Source: Rhodospirillaceae bacterium
GTDB lineage: Bacteria; Pseudomonadota; Gammaproteobacteria; Steroidobacterales; Rariloculaceae
Direction of reading: 5' to 3'
Length of the DNA stretch: 49,453 nt
Assembly: GCA_037445815.1 (NCBI GenBank)
Contig: JBBIJV010000003.1
Location: 1 to 49,453, forward strand
Position 1 is the stretch's first letter. Every line of letters starts with the position of its first letter. The translations under genes were made by a program, and so were the position numbers. The notes under the pieces are model-generated. The model was not told the DNA's origin and searched no databases. It saw only the letters and a list, made by a program, of their open reading frames with translations. Below are positions 36,682 through 45,859 of the stretch, piece after piece.

Positions 36682-37759
36682 AGCGCGGTCGGCCGCGCGC
36701 GCCGCGTGGCTCAGGGCGTCCGCGGCCGTGCTCCTTCTCGCGAGCACGGGCTGCGTGCTGCACGTGCAGCGCGCGCTCGAGCCGCCGCCGGGATTCGAAT
36801 ACGTGCCGCCGCAAAGCGCCGTCTCCCCATTCGACTCGTTCGAGCGGAATCCCGTCGTGCTGTCCGAGCCGTTCGACGAGACTCGCACGCACGAGATCGT
36901 GCATCTGTCGTTCGAATCGAGCGGCCGCAACGGCCACCCGCGCAATCTCGTCGAAGGACGATACTTCCGCTCGAAGGGCGTCGGCCGCAAGAGTCTCGTC
37001 GTGGTCTTGCCGATCTGGGGGACGAGCACGTATCCGCCGGCGAAGATCTCGGAAGGGTATGCGCGCCACGCGGGCCACGATACGCACGTCATCTGGATCT
37101 ACGGCGACGCCCCGATCTTCCCGTGGGACGAGCTGAGCACCGTGCCCACCGAGGAGGGATTTCGGGCCATGGCCCGCGACAGCGTCGAGCGCTATCGGGC
37201 GAGCGTCGTCGACATGCGAAGGCTCGTCGATTGGGCCGCGCAGCAAGCGGAGATCGATTCGACGCGCATCGCCTTCGTCGGATTCAGCATGAGCGCGCTG
37301 GTAACGGCCACACTGCTCGCGAACGAGCCGCGAGTGGCAGGCGGCGTGCTGATGATGGGCGCGGCCCGGTTCGCGGACGTATTCGCCTTCTGCCGCAATC
37401 GCGCGGGCGAAGTGCGCGAGCACGCGCTGCGCTCGTTCGGCTGGACCGCCGACGAGTATCGAGAATTCTTCAAGGGGCTGTTCGACCCGGCCGATCCGGC
37501 GCGCTTCATCGGCCGCTACGATCCGAACGAGATCCTCATGATCGACGCGATGTTCGACGATTGCATGCCGGAATCCTCGCGCGCCGCCCTGTGGGAGATC
37601 ACGGGCCACCCGCAGCGGGTGACGTTCCTGTACCGGCACCGCAGCGCGTTCTACTCGCTGACTCCGCTCGGCCTCAACGTGTCGCGGCGCAAGATCTACC
37701 GCTTCCTCGACGAAACCATCGGCAACCAGCGCGGCCGCCACGCGCCGGCGGCCGATTGA
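36674..37759 (+). CDS. Alpha/beta-hydrolase-fold lipoprotein; apparent ACG start
   Basis: Lipoprotein signal (M)SKARSAARAAWLRASAAVLLLASTG-C; RIAFVGFSMS nucleophile elbow; FDDC and H near the C-terminus. Confidence 0.8.
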   Translation, partial: TSKARSAARAAWLRASAAVLLLASTGCVLHVQRALEPPPGFEYVPPQSAVSPFDSFERNPVVLSEPFDETRTHEIVHLSFESSGRNGHPRNLVEGRYFRSKGVGRKSLVVVLPIWGTSTYPPAKISEGYARHAGHDTHVIWIYGDAPIFPWDELSTVPTEEGFRAMARDSVERYRASVVDMRRLVDWAAQQAEIDSTRIAFVGFSMSALVTATLLANEPRVAGGVLMMGAARFADVFAFCRNRAGEVREHALRSFGWTADEYREFFKGLFDPADPARFIGRYDPNEILMIDAMFDDCMPESSRAALWEITGHPQRVTFLYRHRSAFYSLTPLGLNVSRRKIYRFLDETIGNQRGRHAPAAD

Positions 37760-37837
37760 CATAACAGCACCCCGTGTCCTGCCGTTCCTGCGCGGGAATC
37801 GCTTGCGCAAGGCACCGTAACTCGGCGATATTCGGCG

Positions 37838-37932
37838 TTGCCGATCAAAGGTAAACCCGGCGAAAGCCGGGGACACAAAGCTTCCGGTCTAATGGGCTGT
37901 TCGAGGCCTTACGACAGCGGGGTTGCCGGCCA
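37838..37932 (+). ncRNA. Cyclic di-GMP-I (GEMM) riboswitch
   Basis: GGTAAAC-CCGGC-GAAA-GCCGG-GGACACAAAGCTTCCGGTCTAA...TACGACAGCGGGGTTGCC. Shows the P2 GAAA tetraloop, the CTAA...TACG receptor in P3 and P1 GCCG/CGGC, and aligns base for base with the V. cholerae Vc2 aptamer core. Confidence 0.95.
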
Positions 37933-38005
37933 CTTCGGGCAGTGCGCTCGCGGCGCTTCGCATCGTTCGACCGGCGGCACGGAATGTTAGGGAGTCCGTC
38001 CGCTC

Positions 38006-39376
38006 ATGAATACCGCCGTCGCGCGCAAACGGAATTTCAGCGTTGCTTTCCCGCCGGCCGGCTTGGGCCCGGCAACGACGGTCGAGGTCTCGACGCCGAG
38101 CGAGATTCAGCAGGTCTTGGCGGATGCCAAGCGTTATCCGAGCCCCGTGCGCCCGGTCGGCTCGGGCAGCTCGACGACGCGCTGCGTCACGGCGAACGGC
38201 GGCACGCAGCTCGATCTCTCGACCATGAACCGCGTGCTGAAAATCGACCGCGACCGTGTCACGGTGCAGCCCGGCATCGCGCTGACCGAGCTCGCCGAGG
38301 TCCTGAGCGACGAAGGGCTCGAGCTCGTCGGCGGATTCGACCTCGCCAACCGGACCGTCGGCGGCGCCGTGTCCGCGGCGGGGCTCGAGGCGTCGATGGC
38401 CGGCGACGTGGGCCAGTTCGCCTCGCACGTCGTGCAGCTCAAAGTTCTGAGCCCGAACGGGAAGAAGTTCGTCGTCAGCGAGAAGACCAAGAGCTTGCTC
38501 GCGCTGATGCGGCTGAGCTACGGCCTGCTCGGCGTCGTCTACGAGATCACGCTGCGCGTGCGGCCGATTCAAGGCTTCGCCGTGCAAACGGCGAAGGTGT
38601 CGTTCAAGGATTTCGGCAAGCTCGGCTCGAAGCTGCTCGGCGCGACGGCCGGCGTGAAGCTCTACCTGCTCCCGTTCCGCGATCGCATTTACCTCGAGCT
38701 GCGTCGGCCCGCGGCCGAAGCCGATCCGGGGCGCAAGTTCGCCTGGCGGTTCAAGGACTGGGCCGTGTACTCGGCGCTGCCGGAAGCCGCGCGATCGCTC
38801 GCCAGGGCCGTTCCGATCCGGCAGATTCGCTATCCCTTGATCGACAGCCTGAGCGAGGTGGCGCAGTCGATCGTCAACAATGCGCTCGTGCAGAGCGGCA
38901 GCAACGCAGTAGAGCAGAGCGGCCGCTACCGCCTGCTGGGGAGCAAGAGCCGGTTCTCGTACACGACGTGGGCGTTCCCGGCCGCCGAGTTCGCGAACAC
39001 GACGCTCGCCTACAAGCTGTTCTGCAAGGAGTACTACGCACGCACGGGCTTCCGCTGCGACATGCCGACGGTCGGCTTCCGCTTGAACCGCGATCGCAGC
39101 GCGCTGCTCTCGCCGTCGTTCGACAGCCCGATGTTCACGCTGAGCCCGCTGTCGACGCAGGTCGACGGCTGGGACGACTTCGTCCTCGACTTCGCGGACT
39201 TCGCGGCCAAGCACCGCGGCGTGCCGTTTTTCAATCAGACGCGCAACGCCACGCCCGAGGTCGTCGCTCAGCACTTCGGCAGTCGCCTCGCCTTCTTCAA
39301 CAAGGTCCGCCGCGAGCTCGACCCGACCGACCGCCTCGTCAACCAGTTCTTCCAGTCCTACCTCCCGCAAACGTGA
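38006..39376 (+). CDS. FAD-linked oxidoreductase (VAO/aldonolactone-oxidase-like FAD_binding_4 domain)
   Basis: RPVGSGSS, LDLSTMNRVL, VTVQPG, TVGGAV, YGLLGVV.EITL, C-terminal RRELDP....N. Confidence 0.88.
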   Translation: MNTAVARKRNFSVAFPPAGLGPATTVEVSTPSEIQQVLADAKRYPSPVRPVGSGSSTTRCVTANGGTQLDLSTMNRVLKIDRDRVTVQPGIALTELAEVLSDEGLELVGGFDLANRTVGGAVSAAGLEASMAGDVGQFASHVVQLKVLSPNGKKFVVSEKTKSLLALMRLSYGLLGVVYEITLRVRPIQGFAVQTAKVSFKDFGKLGSKLLGATAGVKLYLLPFRDRIYLELRRPAAEADPGRKFAWRFKDWAVYSALPEAARSLARAVPIRQIRYPLIDSLSEVAQSIVNNALVQSGSNAVEQSGRYRLLGSKSRFSYTTWAFPAAEFANTTLAYKLFCKEYYARTGFRCDMPTVGFRLNRDRSALLSPSFDSPMFTLSPLSTQVDGWDDFVLDFADFAAKHRGVPFFNQTRNATPEVVAQHFGSRLAFFNKVRRELDPTDRLVNQFFQSYLPQT

Positions 39377-39592
39377 CGGCGGAGCCCGACGCCCGCATCA
39401 CGCGCGGCGCCATGAGATCCGGATAGCCATTGCGCAGGCGCTCGCTGCGCGGCCGATGTCATTTCCGTGCGGATCTGTTGAGCGCGGCGCTCGGCACGCG
39501 GCGGCAGCTTCCGATCCCGGCGTTCGGCGTCGTCGTCATGACGGCCGCCGTAGTCGCAAGCGCCTTGGCGCGCAAGAAACGTTCGTGTGCCG

Positions 39593-41305
39593 TTACTTGA
39601 CGAACCCCAGCGCCTCGAGCTTTACGATGATGCGGTGCGCGGACATATCCGGCGTCGCGTCTGTCGTGTCGAGCCGCATCTCGGGATTCTCGGGCACCTC
39701 GTACGGATCGCTGATGCCCGTGAACTGCTTCAGGATGCCCGCGCGCGCCTTCGCATAGAGACCCTTGCGGTCGCGCTGCTCGCAAACCTCGAGCGGCGTG
39801 GCCACGTGCACCTCGATGAAGCCGCCGAGCGGCTCGATCATCTCGCGCACGAGCTTGCGCGTCGCGGCGTACGGAGCGATCGGGGCGCAGATCGCGATGC
39901 CGCCGTTCTTCGTGATCTCGCTCGCGACGTAACCGATGCGCTGGATGTTGAGATCGCGGTGCTCCTTCGAGAAGCCGAGCTCGCTCGACAAGTGCTTGCG
40001 CACGAGATCGCCGTCGAGCAGCGTCACGGGCCGGCCGCCCATCTCCATGAGCTTCACCATCAGCGCGTTCGCCACCGTGGACTTGCCCGAGCCCGAGAGG
40101 CCCGTAAAGAAGACCGTAAAGCCTTGCTTGTGGCGCGGCGGATGCGTGCGGCGCAGCTCGGCGACGACGGCCGGGAACGAGAACCACTCCGGAATCTCGG
40201 CGCCTTCCTGGAGCCGCCGGCGCAGCTCGGTGCCCGAGATGTCGAGCGTGCGAGCGCCGGGCTCGATCTCGTCCTCCGGGAAATACTGAGCCTTGTCCTC
40301 GACATACACCATGTTCTTGAACGGCACCATGGCGATGTCGAGCTCCTTTTCGAGCTCTTTCATGAGCCGCTGCGCGTCGTACGGGCCGTAGAACGGCTTG
40401 CCGTTCGAGTCCTTGCCGGGGCCCGCGTGGTCGCGGCCGACGATGAAGTGGGTGCAGCCGTAGTTCTTGCGGATGATCGCGTGCCAAACCGCCTCGCGCG
40501 GCCCGCCCATACGCATCGCGAGCGGCAGCAAGCTCAATGCCGTCGTCTGCTCCGGATAGACCTTGAGCAGGTGCTCGTAGCAGCGCACGCGCGTGAAGTG
40601 ATCGACGTCGCCGGGCTTGGTCATGCCGACCACGGGGTGAATCAACAGATTCGCTTCGACGTCCTTGGCGGCGCGGAACGTGAGCTCTTGATGCGCGCGG
40701 TGCATCGGATTGCGCGTCTGGAACGCCACGATGCGGCGCCAGCCGAGCTTCTGGAAGCGATCTCGAAGCTCTTTAGGAGTATCTCGCAAGTGCTTGAAAT
40801 CGTAATGAACAGGAGCCTCGACGCCGCGCAGCTTGCCGCCGAGATAAACCTCGTTGCTGCGCGTCTTCAAGTAGCTCACGCCCGGATGCTTGGTGTCGGT
40901 CGTGCCAAACACCGACTTGGCCTCGAGCTCGCGATCGGGGCGGTACACGCTCGAGATCTCCATCGTCGCCGTCAGGACGCCCTCGCCGTCGCGCAGCGCG
41001 ATCGTATCGCCCTCCTTGAGCTTCTCGGCGAACTGCGGCGTCACGTCGAGCGTGATCGGCATCGGCCAGATCACGCCGCTCGTCAGGTGCATCTTCGAGA
41101 GCACGCTCTGGTAGTCGGCTTCGTCCAAGAAACCCTCGAGCGGCGAGAACGCGCCGTTCAACAGCATCTCGATGTCGCAGAGCTGGCGCATCGTGAGATC
41201 CCAGGAAGGCAGATCTCGCGCGCGGGCCTTTTCCTTCGCGACGCCCGCTTCGTCGAGATACAAGTTTTTCAGTGTCCCGCCGTGGGGATCCTTCAATGAA
41301 CCCAT
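39593..41305 (-). CDS. Bifunctional sulfate adenylyltransferase / adenylyl-sulfate kinase (Sat-CysC fusion)
   Basis: PHGG, GAFSPL.GF, QTRNPMHRAH, GRDHAG; APS-kinase P-loop GLSGSGKST, LDGD, FTGISDPYE. Confidence 0.95.
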   Translation of the reverse strand: MGSLKDPHGGTLKNLYLDEAGVAKEKARARDLPSWDLTMRQLCDIEMLLNGAFSPLEGFLDEADYQSVLSKMHLTSGVIWPMPITLDVTPQFAEKLKEGDTIALRDGEGVLTATMEISSVYRPDRELEAKSVFGTTDTKHPGVSYLKTRSNEVYLGGKLRGVEAPVHYDFKHLRDTPKELRDRFQKLGWRRIVAFQTRNPMHRAHQELTFRAAKDVEANLLIHPVVGMTKPGDVDHFTRVRCYEHLLKVYPEQTTALSLLPLAMRMGGPREAVWHAIIRKNYGCTHFIVGRDHAGPGKDSNGKPFYGPYDAQRLMKELEKELDIAMVPFKNMVYVEDKAQYFPEDEIEPGARTLDISGTELRRRLQEGAEIPEWFSFPAVVAELRRTHPPRHKQGFTVFFTGLSGSGKSTVANALMVKLMEMGGRPVTLLDGDLVRKHLSSELGFSKEHRDLNIQRIGYVASEITKNGGIAICAPIAPYAATRKLVREMIEPLGGFIEVHVATPLEVCEQRDRKGLYAKARAGILKQFTGISDPYEVPENPEMRLDTTDATPDMSAHRIIVKLEALGFVK

Positions 41306-41391
41306 TCGCTTTGCTCCCGTGTGAATCCAATTGCGCGCTCTCACGCTCGGACCGTCGGCCTCGAGCCGCAGCGCTCGAAATAGTGTTTCGC

Positions 41392-42372
41392 TCAAGCGGC
41401 CGATAATTGCTCGGCCGTCGCGCGGATCGTCGCGGCGTTGATGGCGGGCAGGTACTGCGCTTGATGCTCTCGCCATTTCAAGGATTTCTTGATGATCGAC
41501 TCGAGGTTCGGCCGCTTGCCCTCGGGCCCCTCGCCTTTGCCGATACCGCCGCCGAGCTCGACGACGGTATCGATTCCGGCATCCACCGCCGTGTTGATGC
41601 ACGACACCCACTTCACCGGATTGAAGAGCTGGAAAAACAACCGCGAGCGGATCGCGTTGCTCGCGGACTCGTGCAGCTTGCCCGTGTAGTTCGACAGCGT
41701 GTCGACTTCGAGCGGCGCGAACTCCGTCTGCTCGAGCACCTTCCGAAACTCTTGCGCGGCACCGACCATCAGGTATGTGTGGAACGCGCCTTCGGTATTG
41801 AGCCGCACGCCGCGCTTCTGCGGGTACAGCGCGGCCATCTCCGCCGCCAAGGCATCGAGGTCGGCCGTCTCGCCGGCGACCACGGTCTGATCGGGCAGAT
41901 TGCAGCCGCCGATGCCGCAAAAGTACTTGTCGGCCAGCGCCCGAGCCTCGGGCAGCTCGAGCGTCGTCGCGAGCATCCCGCCGCGGCCGTGCTCGCTCAT
42001 GAGCTCGCCGCGCCGCTGCACGAGCTTGAGTGCGGCTTCGAACTCGAGCGCGCCGGCCATCACTAGCGCGGAGTACTCGCCCAAGCTGTGGCCCGCGCCC
42101 AAAGACGGCCGCACGCGGTCGCCGACGAGGCTGCGGAACGACTCGAGGCAAGCGATCTCGTGTGTCAGCAGCGCGGGCTGCGTGAAGCGGGTCTTGTTGA
42201 TCTCGTCGCGCGGGTCGCGGAACGAAAGCTCGGCCATGTCGTACCCAACGACGGCGCTTGCGCGCGCGTAAAGCTCCTTGGCGACGGGAAACTCGTCGAC
42301 GAGATCGGAGCCCATTCCCCGGTACTGAGACCCCTGCCCCGGGAAGACGAATAGAACCTTCTTGTCGGCCAC
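41392..42372 (-). CDS. fabD: ACP S-malonyltransferase (FabD-like), stand-alone
   Basis: FPGQGSQ, TQPAL, GHSLGEY, RG.LM, GAFH, PVKW. Confidence 0.88.
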   Translation of the reverse strand: MADKKVLFVFPGQGSQYRGMGSDLVDEFPVAKELYARASAVVGYDMAELSFRDPRDEINKTRFTQPALLTHEIACLESFRSLVGDRVRPSLGAGHSLGEYSALVMAGALEFEAALKLVQRRGELMSEHGRGGMLATTLELPEARALADKYFCGIGGCNLPDQTVVAGETADLDALAAEMAALYPQKRGVRLNTEGAFHTYLMVGAAQEFRKVLEQTEFAPLEVDTLSNYTGKLHESASNAIRSRLFFQLFNPVKWVSCINTAVDAGIDTVVELGGGIGKGEGPEGKRPNLESIIKKSLKWREHQAQYLPAINAATIRATAEQLSAA

Positions 42373-42481
42373 GCGAGATGATTGCCCGAAACTTTCGGTG
42401 AGTCGCGTACCATGCCCGAACAGCCCCGCGAAGCCAAGACGAAGCTGGAATCGCGTTATGCCGCTGCGGTAGAACGCCCCT

Positions 42482-43783
42482 TCAGCCGCCCGCGAGCGCG
42501 GCGCGCCGGCCGCGCTCGGGATCGACGGCGAGCAGCACGGCGAGCCCGAGCACGAAGAACAGCCCCGTGATCAGCATCGCCGTGCGATGGTCGTTGTCGG
42601 TGAGCCACGTGACGGCGCCGTACGTGAGCGGCCCCAAGATCGACGCCAGCTTCACGGCGAAGCCCCAGAGCCCGAAGAACTCCGCGTGCCGGTCCGCGGG
42701 GCTCAAGTAGCCGACCAGCGCGCGGCCCGCGGATTGGCTCGCCCCCAAGCATATGCCGGCGATGTTGGCGGCCACCCAGAAGCCCGACCGGCCCGTGGTG
42801 AAGTAGGCAATCAGCACCATCGAGCACCAGCCGAGCAGCGTCAGCGTGAGCGTTCGGCGGTGCCCCAACCGATCCTGCCACTGGCCGAACACGAAGGCGC
42901 CCAAGCTCGCCGTGATGTTCACGAGCAGCACGAGCACGATCGTGTCTTGCGTCGTGAAGCCCATGGCCTCCTGAGCGTAGATCGCGGCCAACGCAATCAC
43001 GGTCTGCACCCCGGACTGGAACAGCACGATGCAGCCCAAGAAGCGCAACAGGTCCTTGAACTGCGCGGCGTGGCGCAGCGTCTCTGCGACGCGCGCGAGC
43101 GCGCTCGTGGCAGCGCCCTTGCGAGGCTCCTGCGGTTGCGCACGCTCTTTCAAGACGAGGAAGGTGAACGAGGCTGCGAGCGCGAAGACGGCCGCCGTGA
43201 TCAACATCGTGACGGGGACGAACTCGGCCTCCGTTTGCCCATTGCCCCTCGCCCAAATGACGTAAGCGAGACACGCCGCGAGCGTGAGCAGCCCGCCGAT
43301 GTAGCCGAGCGACCAGCCCCACGCGGAGACTTTGCCCATGGCTTCGCCGCGCGCGAGCTCCGGCAAGAACGCCGCCACGATGTTCTCGCCGGTGCCGAAG
43401 AAGATGTTCGACAGCACGATCAACGCGAACGCGAGCGCGACGTCGCCGGGACCGACGAAAGACAGGAGCGCCGTGCCGAGCACGCAGCCCACCGTCGTGA
43501 TCGCGAGCAATTTCTTCTTCGATGCGTGCGCGTCCGCATGCGCACCGATGATCGGCGCCGTGACGATGATCAGCGCGTAGCTGACCGACAGCGCCAGCGT
43601 CCACGCGAACGTGCCCCAGCTCTGCCCCGCCGCCACGACTCCGACGAAATAGGCGTTGAAGACGGCCGTGATCACGACGGTGGTGTAGCCCGAGTTCGCG
43701 AAGTCGTACATCGCCCAGGCCCACACCTCGCGCGGGCGCACGCCGGGTTGCAGAACGCCGGTGCGATTCGAAGCCGCGCTCAT
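42482..43783 (-). CDS. MFS transporter (UMF1/ATG22-like)
   Basis: WAMYDFANSGY, GWSLGYIGG, AEFFGLW; about 12 TM segments. Confidence 0.9.
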   Translation of the reverse strand: MSAASNRTGVLQPGVRPREVWAWAMYDFANSGYTTVVITAVFNAYFVGVVAAGQSWGTFAWTLALSVSYALIIVTAPIIGAHADAHASKKKLLAITTVGCVLGTALLSFVGPGDVALAFALIVLSNIFFGTGENIVAAFLPELARGEAMGKVSAWGWSLGYIGGLLTLAACLAYVIWARGNGQTEAEFVPVTMLITAAVFALAASFTFLVLKERAQPQEPRKGAATSALARVAETLRHAAQFKDLLRFLGCIVLFQSGVQTVIALAAIYAQEAMGFTTQDTIVLVLLVNITASLGAFVFGQWQDRLGHRRTLTLTLLGWCSMVLIAYFTTGRSGFWVAANIAGICLGASQSAGRALVGYLSPADRHAEFFGLWGFAVKLASILGPLTYGAVTWLTDNDHRTAMLITGLFFVLGLAVLLAVDPERGRRAALAGG

Positions 43784-44841
43784 GCCGGCGACGACGCGCC
43801 GCCGAGCAACGAGCGGCCGCCAAACCGCTCGCGCCACTTGGCCACGGCCTCGGTGTTGTAGACGCGCTCGGGCAGTTCGCCGCGCAGCGCCGCGAGCGCG
43901 GCTTCCGCGGCCCACGGGATCGCGGCGCCGAGCGTGCCGCCCTGATTCGCGGCCACCATGTGCGGCGACAAGAGCACGCGATCGCCGAGCTCGAGAATGC
44001 GCGCGCCGCGCGGCGGCGGCTCCTCGGGGAAAACGTCGAGCGCCGCGGCCGCTAGGCGGCGCGCTTCGAGCGCGTCGCACAGCGCGTCGAGATCGACGAC
44101 GGCGCCGCGCGCCGTGTTGACGAGCACGGCCGTCGGCTTCAAGAGCGCGAGCCGGCGAGCGTCGATGAGGCCGCGTGTCTCGGCCGTCAGATTGCAGTGC
44201 AGCGTCACGACGTCGGACTCGCGCAGAAGAGTGTCGAGATCCGTGCGCTCGGCGCCGTGGCGCGCGAACTTGCCGGCCTCGACGTACGGATCGGCCGCGA
44301 GCACGCGCGCGCCCCATGGGCGAAGCAGGTCGGCGACGCGCGAGCCGGCGCGCCCCAACCCGACGATGCCGATCGTGATGCCGGGATACCCGTCGCCGCG
44401 TTTGCCGACGTAGGTGCCGTAAATCGGCGGCTCGCGCCAGCCGCCTGCCTTGACGTGCCGGTCGCGTTCGACGACGCGCTTCAGCAGCGCCAGCATCAAC
44501 GCGACGGCGCCTTCGGCGACGCCGCCGAAATTCGCCTCCGTGGGGCTGTGGGTGACGAGCACACCGAGCGCGCTCGCGGCGTCGACGTCCACGTCGTCGA
44601 CCCCGATCGTGTATTTCGCGACGAGACGCAGGTTGGGCGAGATCGTCAAGAACGCGTGGTCCATGTAGCCCCGGAACGTGGCGCCTACCAACACGTCCGC
44701 GCCGACGGCGAGCTCGGAGATCGCGGCGCGGTCCGCGTCCGGCGCCGCTACGACGACGTCGCAGCCGGCCGCCTCGAGCAGGCGGTGCGAGGCGCCGCTC
44801 TCGTCGACCGGCCGGTAGATCAGGACTTTCGGCCGGCTCAA
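43780..44841 (-). CDS. D-isomer-specific 2-hydroxyacid dehydrogenase
   Basis: GVDDVD, GIVGLGRAG, VNTARG, LDVFPEEP, SPH. Confidence 0.92.
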   Translation of the reverse strand: MSRPKVLIYRPVDESGASHRLLEAAGCDVVVAAPDADRAAISELAVGADVLVGATFRGYMDHAFLTISPNLRLVAKYTIGVDDVDVDAASALGVLVTHSPTEANFGGVAEGAVALMLALLKRVVERDRHVKAGGWREPPIYGTYVGKRGDGYPGITIGIVGLGRAGSRVADLLRPWGARVLAADPYVEAGKFARHGAERTDLDTLLRESDVVTLHCNLTAETRGLIDARRLALLKPTAVLVNTARGAVVDLDALCDALEARRLAAAALDVFPEEPPPRGARILELGDRVLLSPHMVAANQGGTLGAAIPWAAEAALAALRGELPERVYNTEAVAKWRERFGGRSLLGGASSPA

Positions 44842-44854
44842 CGCTATGTGCCGC

Positions 44855-45745
44855 CTACTGAAGCTCGGCCTTGACCGCGCTGTAGAACGCCGGGATCAGC
44901 CGTTCCGGCGAGCCGTATTTCGCGTCCAAGTCCGCCGTAGGCTTCGCCGCGACGACTTGCTCGAGCGTCATGCCTTGGCGAATCAAGTCCGTGAAGCGCT
45001 TCTCGAGCTCGATCGTGAGATCGCGAAACGCCGCGACGTCCTCGCGCGTCGACACGACGCCGTGCCCCGGAAGGATCTTCGTGTTCGGGCCCGCCATGTC
45101 GACGAGCGCCTGCAGCGCCTCGATCGTGCCGCGCACGCTGCCGCCGTTGTTGAAGTCCACGCCTGGGTAGCCGACCGTGCGGAAAACGTCGCCGGCATGT
45201 ATGACGTCGGCCTTCACGAACTGGATGTAGCTGTCGCCGTCCGTGTGCGCCGGCGGCAGCTTGCCGATGTTGATCGTCTCGCCGTTCAAGTGCACCGACA
45301 TCTTGTCGCCGTACGTGACGATGGGCAGCGCTGCGGCCGGCGATGGCGGGCCCGAGTTGACGCCGCGCGCGAGCCGCGCGCGCACGTTGTCGTGTGCGAC
45401 GATGTCGATGCCCATCTTGCCGAAGTTCTCGTTGCCGCCCGTATGGTCGCCGTGCACGTGCGTGTTGACGAGCAGGCGGATCGGCCTGTCCGACAGCGCG
45501 CGGATCGCGGCCAGCAGCTTTTCCGACAGCGGCGCGAACTGGTCGTCGATCATCAGCACGCCGTCGTCGCCGACGAGCACGCCGACGTTGCCGCCTTGGC
45601 CCTCGAGGTAATAAACGTTGCCGGATACGCGATGCGTCTTGATCTCGACCGCCGAAAAATCCTGCTGCCCCTGCGCAAAAGCGGAGCCCAGAGCGAGCAG
45701 GGCGAACGGTAACGAGCCGAACGCGAGCTTCGACGACTGCAACAT
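44855..45745 (-). CDS. Secreted MBL-fold metallo-hydrolase (cyclase-like)
   Basis: Signal peptide; GGNVG, IDDQF, NTHVHGDHTGGN, AHTDGD, HAGD, PGHG. Confidence 0.9.
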   Translation of the reverse strand: MLQSSKLAFGSLPFALLALGSAFAQGQQDFSAVEIKTHRVSGNVYYLEGQGGNVGVLVGDDGVLMIDDQFAPLSEKLLAAIRALSDRPIRLLVNTHVHGDHTGGNENFGKMGIDIVAHDNVRARLARGVNSGPPSPAAALPIVTYGDKMSVHLNGETINIGKLPPAHTDGDSYIQFVKADVIHAGDVFRTVGYPGVDFNNGGSVRGTIEALQALVDMAGPNTKILPGHGVVSTREDVAAFRDLTIELEKRFTDLIRQGMTLEQVVAAKPTADLDAKYGSPERLIPAFYSAVKAELQ

Positions 45746-45859
45746 GCCTCTCCCCCGAATCAACACCTCGCGCATGGTTGCGCGTCCGGGCCGATCATAG
45801 CACCGGCCGCACGGCTCGGGGCACGGTCGGCGGAGGCGGCGCGTGCGATACTGCGCGCC

